Below the pieces are notes generated by a model. The model was not told the DNA's origin. It saw only the letters and a program-made list of their open reading frames with translations, and did no database searches. DNA of 64,000 nucleotides, taken from the NCBI GenBank assembly GCA_023256475.1, contig JAGDXP010000002.1, positions 35,116 through 99,115 on the forward strand, written 5' to 3'. Within the stretch, counting starts at the first letter, position 1, and the number at the start of each line of letters is the position of its first letter. The position numbers and the translations under genes were made by a program. Positions 46,671-54,516 of the stretch are shown here, piece by piece. This stretch comes from Thermoplasmata archaeon (GTDB lineage: Archaea; Thermoplasmatota; Thermoplasmata; Thermoplasmatales; GCA-001856825).

Positions 46671-47974
46671 AGGTAATGGTTATAGGCGGCGGAGGGAGGG
46701 AAAATGCAATTGCCTTGTCCGCCGTTTCATCGAATAATAGCATATACTCCATTTCACATAATAATAACCCCGGTTTAATTGGAATCTCAAAAAGACATTT
46801 CAAGGTTAATGAAAACGATAAAGAAGCGGTGCTCAGTGTTGCCAAAAGAGTAAAACCTGATTTAGTGCTTATCGGACCTGAAGATCCGCTTTCAAACGGG
46901 GTTTCAGATATTTTGATTTCACAGGGGTTCAAGGTCTTCGCTCCGACTTCAAAAGCGGCAAAATTGGAAACATCGAAGTCATTTTTAAGGAATTTTATGA
47001 AATCTCATTACATAGATGGCAACGTAGAGAGCCAAAGCTTTACTGATTTCAACGAACTCAATAAGTGGGTTATGGGCCTTGATTATGAATTTGTCCTTAA
47101 GCCTGACGGATTGACCGGAGGGAAAGGGGTTCTGGTACAAGGAAACCACTTCTATACCAAGGAGGAGGGCCTTTCAATCGCCAAGAAGTTGTTTGAAAAT
47201 GGGATGAATAAGCTCTTAGTTGAGAGGAAACTAATAGGTGAGGAATTCAGCTTGCAAGCGCTTGTTTATTACGATAAAATAATTTTCCTTCCAGTTGTTC
47301 AGGATTATAAAAGGGCCGGTGAGAACGATACAGGACCAAATACGGGTGGGATGGGCTCCATTTCCTTCTCCGAATCCGGGCTTCCATTCATACCAAAAAG
47401 CCATGTAGAAACTGCCAAATCAATTATGAGGAAGATTATGGAAGCCATGCATTCAGAAGGGACTCCGTATGTGGGACCAATTTATGGGCAGTTTATGTCT
47501 ACAAAATTGGGACCAAAATTAATTGAGATAAACGCAAGATTTGGGGACCCCGAGGCCATTAATGTACTCGACCTTATGGATGATTCTATCGTTGACGCCT
47601 CAATTAAATTAATGGAAGGGAATACGCCCACATTAAACATAAAAAACCAGATAAATGTAGTGAGATACATAGTTCCGATAGGGTATGGTTCAGACCCAAA
47701 ACCATCGAAGCTCAAGATTGATGAAGTTTATTTGAGGAGGAAGGGGTTAAAGATTTTCTATGCGAGCGTGGACAAGAAGGGGAACTACCTTCAACAGACA
47801 AGGTCAAGGAGCATTGCCCTACTTGCAAAGGGAGATTCAATCAATGAAATAATTCCTAAATTTGATGGCATGGAAAATGCAATTGCAGGCAATTATTACT
47901 ATAGAAGGGATATTGGAACATTTGAAAGCATTGAGAGGAAAAATAAGTTCATGAAGGACCTTTTAAGCAGCTAA
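46667..47974 (+). CDS. purD: Phosphoribosylamine-glycine ligase
   Basis: Contains the MKVMVIGGGGRENA N-terminus, GPNTGGMGS and EINARFGDPE blocks. The TTG start overlaps the scpB TGA stop (cTTGAa). Confidence 0.9.
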   Translation: MKVMVIGGGGRENAIALSAVSSNNSIYSISHNNNPGLIGISKRHFKVNENDKEAVLSVAKRVKPDLVLIGPEDPLSNGVSDILISQGFKVFAPTSKAAKLETSKSFLRNFMKSHYIDGNVESQSFTDFNELNKWVMGLDYEFVLKPDGLTGGKGVLVQGNHFYTKEEGLSIAKKLFENGMNKLLVERKLIGEEFSLQALVYYDKIIFLPVVQDYKRAGENDTGPNTGGMGSISFSESGLPFIPKSHVETAKSIMRKIMEAMHSEGTPYVGPIYGQFMSTKLGPKLIEINARFGDPEAINVLDLMDDSIVDASIKLMEGNTPTLNIKNQINVVRYIVPIGYGSDPKPSKLKIDEVYLRRKGLKIFYASVDKKGNYLQQTRSRSIALLAKGDSINEIIPKFDGMENAIAGNYYYRRDIGTFESIERKNKFMKDLLSS

Positions 47975-48531
47975 ATGAAAATACTTGATAATCTCACTAA
48001 GACATCTGGTACCGTGAGTTCCCTTTCACTTATTGAGACTTTTTCAATTGGTGGCAGCTCTGATATATAATCCCCCTCCGGAAATCCACCTATAACAATA
48101 ATATCAAAACTTTTTAGATAATTTAAATCCCTTGTACGACCGTATTGTGACAATACAATAGACCTCTTACCCGGAGGTATGAGATCCTTAAGTTTCACTT
48201 CCCTTTGCAGCTTCAGTATGGAAATTACCCTTTCCTTGAATTCGTGATATGTTTCAGCTCCGGATAAATCCTGCCATGTTATTATCTTGTTATTTCGTGT
48301 GTGGATTATATATTCCATTCCTTGTTTGGTATAATTTGAGAGAATTGTGTGAGCAACATATGCGATGTCTGGCCTACCAGCCCTTGAGGCATCCTTTCCC
48401 AATAAAATAAACCTATGCTTACCCCTTTCAAGTATATCCTCTTCTTCATTCACGAATATGTGATTTCGCTTGGTAAATTCCGAGATTAGCTCAAGTTCAG
48501 CGTCTGCAATTATTATCTTCATTTTACCCAA
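47971..48531 (-). CDS. nep1: Nep1/EMG1-like SPOUT rRNA methyltransferase
   Basis: Contains the AGRPDIAYVAHTIL block and a C-terminal IVIGGFPEGD. Its stop codon overlaps the purD stop convergently by 4 nt. Confidence 0.75.
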   Translation of the reverse strand: MGKMKIIIADAELELISEFTKRNHIFVNEEEDILERGKHRFILLGKDASRAGRPDIAYVAHTILSNYTKQGMEYIIHTRNNKIITWQDLSGAETYHEFKERVISILKLQREVKLKDLIPPGKRSIVLSQYGRTRDLNYLKSFDIIVIGGFPEGDYISELPPIEKVSISERELTVPDVLVRLSSIFI

Positions 48532-48811
48532 ATATGGATCCTAGTCCATTGAGAACATCGGATCTTTCCTTCTCTATGAAAGCTTCAACTTTTTCCCTCT
48601 TATCTTTATCTAGTGTATCTGATATTTTAGAAAGTTCCTTTCTGGCTACTGACAGCCTTTCCTCAACGCCTTCTAATATCACATAAACATAGGATGCATC
48701 ATCAAATACACTTCCATCCTTTATGGTTATTGACAGTCTTGAAATTTCATCAATATTTAGAATCTTATCCAACTCGGACTGCTTATCTTTCTTAATCCTG
48801 AATATTTCCAT
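48524..48811 (-). CDS. Hypothetical small protein
   Basis: 95 aa with no recognised family. It overlaps the nep1 start by 8 nt, so it is probably co-transcribed. Confidence 0.5.
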   Translation of the reverse strand: MEIFRIKKDKQSELDKILNIDEISRLSITIKDGSVFDDASYVYVILEGVEERLSVARKELSKISDTLDKDKREKVEAFIEKERSDVLNGLGSIFG

Positions 48812-48823
48812 GTTTCCCCATTG

Positions 48824-50287
48824 TTAATTCATAATTATCTTTTTTGCATTTCTCCTATGCTTTACATAGGCAACCAATATTGTGCTCACCGATGCAAGGA
48901 TAAGAACTATTCCTCCGATAAGGAAGGAGTTGAAGAGGGTCTTGATCTTCTCCTGAAACGTATTTACATAGTAAACCGAGACATTCTGAGGCCCTTCATC
49001 ATAAATAGGTACCTCATAGAATGATGTACCGTTGGATTCACCTACGAGTCTGTAGCTTTCATTCATACCATTAACCTGTACATACTTAATCCTGAGGAAG
49101 CTTTTCTCTGCTACTATAACCGTTCCTTCATGTCCTGTAAGCAGAAAGATGCTTGCCTCATTCATATTGCCGCTGTAGGAAAATGCATAAGAAGAGTTTA
49201 TTGGAATGTATGAGATGTTCTTACCGATGTAAATTAAGCCCAAATAGGAAGAATTGTAGAGTATCCTGCTCAGGTATTTTGAGGCGGGAGATAAGTCTGT
49301 ATTTATGTAAATAATCCTGACGTAAGAGAGAGGATCGCTAATAACCATTGATGAGTTCTTTAAAATCTGAGAATCTGAGGGAGCGTAAATGTAACCCACA
49401 ATAGATTTATTTAGGAAAATGTCAAAATAGGAGTAATTCTGGATATATCGGTCAAATCTCCCAAGTATGGGAATGATGAAATTATTACCAATATAGGAAT
49501 TCGAATTGGATTTTGATAAGTTGAAGCCTGGATTAAGTATTATTTTTGAGTTTCCATAGATATTGAACAAGTAAACTTCGGGGTTCGGATTATCATCCAC
49601 GCTAGCAATCTGGCTGTTGGAAGAAATTAACCCGTTTTCATCTTCAATTTCTCCATTGAACACTATTTTGTAAATGGGCTGGATAGATATGTTTCCAAAG
49701 GTGAAGCCCAAATTTTCAATGAAATTATTACCCAACTGGTAATTTATGAAATTACCTATATATGTATCGTTTACCTCTTGCAATTCCTTTATGGGGCCCG
49801 ATAATGGAATTAACATGAATAGCATGAATGTTGGAGTAACAGATGATAGGTATATGCGATCATCCGATGAAAAGGTTGGAACTCCGCTTATTAATAGTGA
49901 GGTAACATTATCTCCATAAATTGTCCTGTAATAAACATTGTAATTCATTAAAGTAAAATTGTTTAGATCGCCTATTTCAAGAGGGGTACTCATTGTTAAA
50001 TTTCCGGCCCCTATCCAATAAAATTCCCCATTGATTCCTTGAATAATATGGAACATTGAATTACTGGCAATATCTCTTATGATGGGGGTGTAATTGATAT
50101 AATTGAACACCTTAACATATGTCCAACCGGTGTAAACCTGAACACCCGTAATGTTGTTATACTGCTGACTATATGATATAAATTCAAAGGAACTTGAATT
50201 TGAAGATCCAGCTGCAGGAATCGTTTCCATGACCAGTATGAAAATTATGGATATTGAGATGAAGTGTTTGACATTGAGCTTCACCAT
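48824..50287 (-). CDS. Hypothetical surface glycoprotein (signal peptide plus C-terminal TM anchor)
   Basis: The N-terminal hydrophobic segment is ISISIIFILVMETIPAAG. The body is rich in Asn/Ser/Tyr with many N-x-S/T sequons. The C-terminal anchor LIGGIVLILASVSTILVAYV is followed by the basic tail KHRRNAKK. Confidence 0.6.
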   Translation of the reverse strand: MVKLNVKHFISISIIFILVMETIPAAGSSNSSSFEFISYSQQYNNITGVQVYTGWTYVKVFNYINYTPIIRDIASNSMFHIIQGINGEFYWIGAGNLTMSTPLEIGDLNNFTLMNYNVYYRTIYGDNVTSLLISGVPTFSSDDRIYLSSVTPTFMLFMLIPLSGPIKELQEVNDTYIGNFINYQLGNNFIENLGFTFGNISIQPIYKIVFNGEIEDENGLISSNSQIASVDDNPNPEVYLFNIYGNSKIILNPGFNLSKSNSNSYIGNNFIIPILGRFDRYIQNYSYFDIFLNKSIVGYIYAPSDSQILKNSSMVISDPLSYVRIIYINTDLSPASKYLSRILYNSSYLGLIYIGKNISYIPINSSYAFSYSGNMNEASIFLLTGHEGTVIVAEKSFLRIKYVQVNGMNESYRLVGESNGTSFYEVPIYDEGPQNVSVYYVNTFQEKIKTLFNSFLIGGIVLILASVSTILVAYVKHRRNAKKIIMN

Positions 50288-50394
50288 TGTTTATCAATTC
50301 TATATTAATAATAAATTTGATACAAATTTCGAAGAATTAATTTGAAGCTTAAGAAATCTTTGAAATATTGAGCTGTAATCCGGTATTGATAATT

Positions 50395-51252
50395 ATGCCT
50401 GGAGTTATAAAAAAGAATGAACCTCCCAAAGGCCCACCTGTTGAATTTAAGGTAAGTACCGAAGATGAATCCACGAGGGACATAAAACACATTCTCGTCG
50501 TAATGAGTGGAAAGGGAGGAGTGGGTAAGACAACCGTTGCGGTAAATTTGGCAGTGGAATTATCCAACAGGGGATTCATGGTAGGTCTTGTCGATGCTGA
50601 TATCCACGGGCCAGATGTTCCCCAGATGCTTGGATTGATAGACGATAAACCTTATCCCAATGAGGAAAACAAGATTGTACCGGTTTCCTATAATAAAAAT
50701 TTGAAAGTCATTTCAATTGAATATTTTCTCCCCAGCAGAGATACACCTGTGATCTGGAGGGGTTCCCTCAAGCACAAGATGATACAGCAATTCATCCAGG
50801 ATGTGGACTGGGGGCCTCTTGATTATCTCATATTTGATCTTCCTCCCGGGACTGGTGATGAACCGCTCAGCATTGTGCAATTAATCCCAAAAGTCACAGG
50901 ATTCATTATTGTGGCAACCCCTCAGGATGTAGCAATGCTTGATGTTAAAAAAGCCATAAATTTCGCCAAGGAACTGAAGAAGCCGGTAATTGGATTAGTG
51001 GAAAATATGAGTGGCTTTATCTGCCCTCATTGTGGCAAAATAACCTACATATTCAAGAAGGGGAGTGGCGAAAAAGTTGCAAGGGAATATCAGATCCCAT
51101 ATCTTGGATCCATACCTTTGGAGCCCGTGGTGGTTGAAGATGGAGATGAGGGAACCCCATTGATGATCGCACATCCTTTGAGTCAAAGTGCCAAGAGCTT
51201 CAAAGAAATAACTGATAAGATAATAGATATAGTCAATAAATTAAATATGTGA
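50395..51252 (+). CDS. Mrp/ApbC/Nbp35-type Fe-S cluster carrier ATPase
   Basis: Contains the deviant Walker A VMSGKGGVGKTT, FDLPPGTGDE and the CPHCG cluster-binding motif. The track start at 50368 is a TTG, so I used the ATG at 50395. Confidence 0.9.
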   Translation: MPGVIKKNEPPKGPPVEFKVSTEDESTRDIKHILVVMSGKGGVGKTTVAVNLAVELSNRGFMVGLVDADIHGPDVPQMLGLIDDKPYPNEENKIVPVSYNKNLKVISIEYFLPSRDTPVIWRGSLKHKMIQQFIQDVDWGPLDYLIFDLPPGTGDEPLSIVQLIPKVTGFIIVATPQDVAMLDVKKAINFAKELKKPVIGLVENMSGFICPHCGKITYIFKKGSGEKVAREYQIPYLGSIPLEPVVVEDGDEGTPLMIAHPLSQSAKSFKEITDKIIDIVNKLNM

Positions 51253-51257
51253 AATTT

Positions 51258-52466
51258 TTAATTTTCCTTATTTAGCCATATTTCGAGCCAGGGAATCATC
51301 AATGCCGATATAACTCCAAAAATCATCACAACCCAGAATGAGTAGGCCAGGGAATAATGGTAATAATTCATTATGGAAATCATCCCAATGCCTGTGGCGC
51401 CTCCCAGAACAACTCCTATTCCCCATACGACTCCGCTTGAAACGGTTGCTATTTCCTTGGGAATCTTCTGGTTAACATACCCCATTAGAACAGGGAATGA
51501 AGTGAGGGAGAAGAGCGAAAAGAGAGCAAAGGATGTGACTGAAACCCAGAGGATTTTAGAGTAGAACAAGAAAAGTGAAAATGTAATAAGTGAGAATATG
51601 GTTGTTATTGCTACAACTACTTTACCTCCCCATTTTGTTGTAAGATGCCCAAAGAGTGGTTGCCCTATAACCGCCATTAGTAATGAAACTGTCATGATTA
51701 TACCCATGAGAGCATGGGATTTGGTTAACTCAACAAAATACTGAGGTATATAGATAAATGTGCCGTTGAAGAAAATTGCCCTCAGGAAACTCATAATTGT
51801 CAAATATATCACAAAAGCCAAAAACCCCTTTTCCAGCTTTGCTTTCTGCTTCTCCTTCCCCATTGAGGATTGCTTGAACTTATAGCTTCTAAGCATAATG
51901 TCGATCAGAAGGGCAGAAATGATTGCCAAGATGCCTATAATGGCCAATCCCATAACATACCCAAGAAATTCAATTGAAAATACTATAATGGACGGGAAAG
52001 CTGCTCTGCCTAGAGAACCAAAGGATCCGTTCAGGCCCATGTATGAGGCTGCTTTTTCATTCTTATATGATTGAGAAATGATGAATGCTCCCAGAGGATG
52101 GTAGGTTGACTGCCCCACCCCAAGAAGCAATGCACCTGCGACAATGATGACTAACGCCATATTATGATATACAAAGGGAATTATGAATAGAAATACGGAG
52201 ATTCCCTGCAATAATATCCCCAATGACATAAATGAAACGTGTTGCCCCATTCTCTGGGCCGCTAGGCTCAAAGGTGTACTCAACAACCCGGAAGTCACTG
52301 TGTATACTATTGCAACTGCCCCCAAAATAGGCAATGTTAAACCTGGAACAAACAGATAATAAGTTATCAGTACCGAAAATATGATGTTGTATCCATCATT
52401 CACAAAGTGAGCTAGTGAAGTCATTATAAAGGGCATAAGTGAATTTTTCATTGCCATGGATTTCAT
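51258..52466 (-). CDS. Major facilitator superfamily transporter
   Basis: 402 aa, about 12 TM segments. Three in-frame ATGs lie within the first 6 codons. Confidence 0.75.
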   Translation of the reverse strand: MKSMAMKNSLMPFIMTSLAHFVNDGYNIIFSVLITYYLFVPGLTLPILGAVAIVYTVTSGLLSTPLSLAAQRMGQHVSFMSLGILLQGISVFLFIIPFVYHNMALVIIVAGALLLGVGQSTYHPLGAFIISQSYKNEKAASYMGLNGSFGSLGRAAFPSIIVFSIEFLGYVMGLAIIGILAIISALLIDIMLRSYKFKQSSMGKEKQKAKLEKGFLAFVIYLTIMSFLRAIFFNGTFIYIPQYFVELTKSHALMGIIMTVSLLMAVIGQPLFGHLTTKWGGKVVVAITTIFSLITFSLFLFYSKILWVSVTSFALFSLFSLTSFPVLMGYVNQKIPKEIATVSSGVVWGIGVVLGGATGIGMISIMNYYHYSLAYSFWVVMIFGVISALMIPWLEIWLNKEN

Positions 52467-52530
52467 TCTTAAACTTATTTATTTCTCATATAAGGATAAG
52501 CTATATATCCCATTAATAATTGGTCAAACA
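52467..52530. promoter_or_regulatory. Divergent promoter region between the MFS and PadR genes, with two A/T boxes
   Basis: TATATAT (52502-52508) lies about 26 nt before the PadR ATG at 52531. CATATAAG (52487-52494; TTATATG on the minus strand) lies about 24 nt before the MFS ATG at 52466. This is consistent with two leaderless divergent transcripts. Confidence 0.45.
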
Positions 52531-52896
52531 ATGAGGAGAGTCAAGAGGGAGAGAATATTCAAGGGAATAATCACGCTCATGATACTGAAATCTCTCTGGG
52601 ACTCTCCCAAACATGGATACCTCTTAGAGAGTGAAATAGGTGAAATAATAGGAGAGAAGCTCTCCGAAGGTGAAATATATTCACTCCTCAAGCACATGGA
52701 GATGAGAGGATTTGTATCTTCGAAGGCAGAGGTTTGCAACAACAGATTGAGAAAATACTATGAAATTACCCCGAAGGGGAGAGAGTTCTTCTTGAAACAT
52801 AAAGCACCCATTACAACAATGATACCCATGATGATGGAATTAAAGAAATTTATGGATTCGTTGGACACAGATCAACCTGAAAATAAGAATCAATAA
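52531..52896 (+). CDS. PadR-family transcriptional regulator
   Basis: The segment IFKGIITLMILKSLWDSPKHGYLLESEI matches the PadR winged-helix N-terminus. The track start at 52456 would overlap the divergent MFS gene, so I chose the ATG at 52531. Confidence 0.8.
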   Translation: MRRVKRERIFKGIITLMILKSLWDSPKHGYLLESEIGEIIGEKLSEGEIYSLLKHMEMRGFVSSKAEVCNNRLRKYYEITPKGREFFLKHKAPITTMIPMMMELKKFMDSLDTDQPENKNQ

Positions 52897-52909
52897 GGTT
52901 AAAAATCTG

Positions 52910-53851
52910 ATGATATTTCTATGCATGGACTATTCGCTATTGTATTATGGTTCAGAAGAATTTGCAAAGCAAATTGGAAAATCATCAGGTGAAACTGATA
53001 TCAAATACTATCATACGAAGAGGGGGGACTCAGAAATCACAATTCTTTATCCTTTCAAATTTCCCGAAAGGATACAACCCCTAATCAATAGTGCTTCAGT
53101 ATCTAAGAAAGCTCTCATTGAAATACAGAATCTTGACAAATTCACCGGTGAATTGCTATTAGCCTTGGATTATTATGGAGTGAGGGATCTGGGTATAATT
53201 TCTGATGATTCCATTTTTTCAACAGTTGAGAAGATTACAAAAGGAATGAAATTTAATTTGTATAGAGTTGAAAAAAATATGGGTTCCATATATGATTTTC
53301 TGGACAAACCTGTAGAACCATCTAAAATTGAAAAAACTATTATTCTAGTTGACCAGGCTTTCCCAGTTAAGGGAGTTGGTACTGTGGTATTGGGATTTGT
53401 CATAGGAGGAACTGTCAAAAAACATCAACAGTTAAAATCATATCCCAATGGAAAGAATGCAGAGGTTAGAAGCATCCAAATTATGGATGTTGATAGAGAG
53501 AGTGCCATACCTTATTCCAGAGTTGGGCTTGCTTTGAAGGGTGTTGAAGTGGACGATGTCCAGAAAGGCACTATATTATCAGAAGACCAAGAAATTGAAT
53601 TAGTGGACTCACTTGAAATTAATATCAGGATAAATCAAGGGGTCAAAACTCAACCAAGGCAAGGGGAAAAGATTCAGATAAACTTCGCCTTTAGCAATGT
53701 AAATGCCGTAGTTTCTGACTTTGACAATGGGAGAATACTAATAGATGTGGATAAAAAGATACCTAAAATTGAAGGAATAATTTACAGTATAACAGATCTA
53801 AACAATTCCCCAAGGATTCTGGGGGCTGGCCAAATTGGAGATATCAATTGA
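52910..53851 (+). CDS. EF-Tu/SelB-like protein with degenerate G domain
   Basis: The central block LVDQAFPVKGVGTVVLGFVIGGTVKKHQQL...VRSIQIMDVDRESAIPYSRVGLALKGVEVDDVQKGTILS is a clear EF-Tu domain 2 beta-barrel. The N-terminal ~140 aa keeps only remnants of the G motifs (QIGKSS, DYYG) and I found no NKxD. The start could be the internal M at codon 6. Confidence 0.6.
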   Translation: MIFLCMDYSLLYYGSEEFAKQIGKSSGETDIKYYHTKRGDSEITILYPFKFPERIQPLINSASVSKKALIEIQNLDKFTGELLLALDYYGVRDLGIISDDSIFSTVEKITKGMKFNLYRVEKNMGSIYDFLDKPVEPSKIEKTIILVDQAFPVKGVGTVVLGFVIGGTVKKHQQLKSYPNGKNAEVRSIQIMDVDRESAIPYSRVGLALKGVEVDDVQKGTILSEDQEIELVDSLEINIRINQGVKTQPRQGEKIQINFAFSNVNAVVSDFDNGRILIDVDKKIPKIEGIIYSITDLNNSPRILGAGQIGDIN

Positions 53852-54065
53852 AATTAAGCTTCCAAAAGATTATTTGACGGCAATAAACAGCATTATGCCA
53901 GATCATGAAAGATACATAAAGTGCCAGGAAATGGAAGGCTCAATCATTTGCATTGCAAAGGGCAATCCCAATGACCTAAGGAAAACTGTGAATGAATTCT
54001 TAGAATCTCTCATATTCGTAATTGATTTAGAAAACTTAAGTGGAAATATCAGTTCTAAAAAGTAA
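53835..54065 (+). CDS. pcc1: KEOPS complex subunit Pcc1-like
   Basis: 76 aa. The pattern EISIEIKLP...AINSIMPDHE...DLRKTVNEFLESLIFVIDL resembles archaeal Pcc1. It has a TTG start and overlaps the previous gene by 17 nt. Confidence 0.55.
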   Translation: MEISIEIKLPKDYLTAINSIMPDHERYIKCQEMEGSIICIAKGNPNDLRKTVNEFLESLIFVIDLENLSGNISSKK

Positions 54066-54108
54066 GGCCAATTCAGATATATTTTTAACAGGGATCATAA
54101 TTTCAAAT

Positions 54109-54186
<78 letters not shown>

Positions 54187-54516
54187 TAACAATTATAAGC
54201 ATTGTAATTATTGAATGGGTATAAGAATTGAGATACAAGCTATACCGTTTGAAACTTTATCTATCAAGATGGCATAATTTTTAAATTGAATTTAATAGAT
54301 AAATTACAAAGTGCGATTCTAAATTAGTGTAAAATCGTATGGTTAAGCGGTTGGAACCTATATGCACATGCAATTGAACAATAAATGGATCATTTTGGAA
54401 TTATAAACATGCATAATTCCTCGCAAGCGGTATACATCTACACTACTTCAATCTCTGTCTAAGTTGTTCGAAGATTGTATTACAAATCATATATATTCGA
54501 AGAATTTTAATTTATC

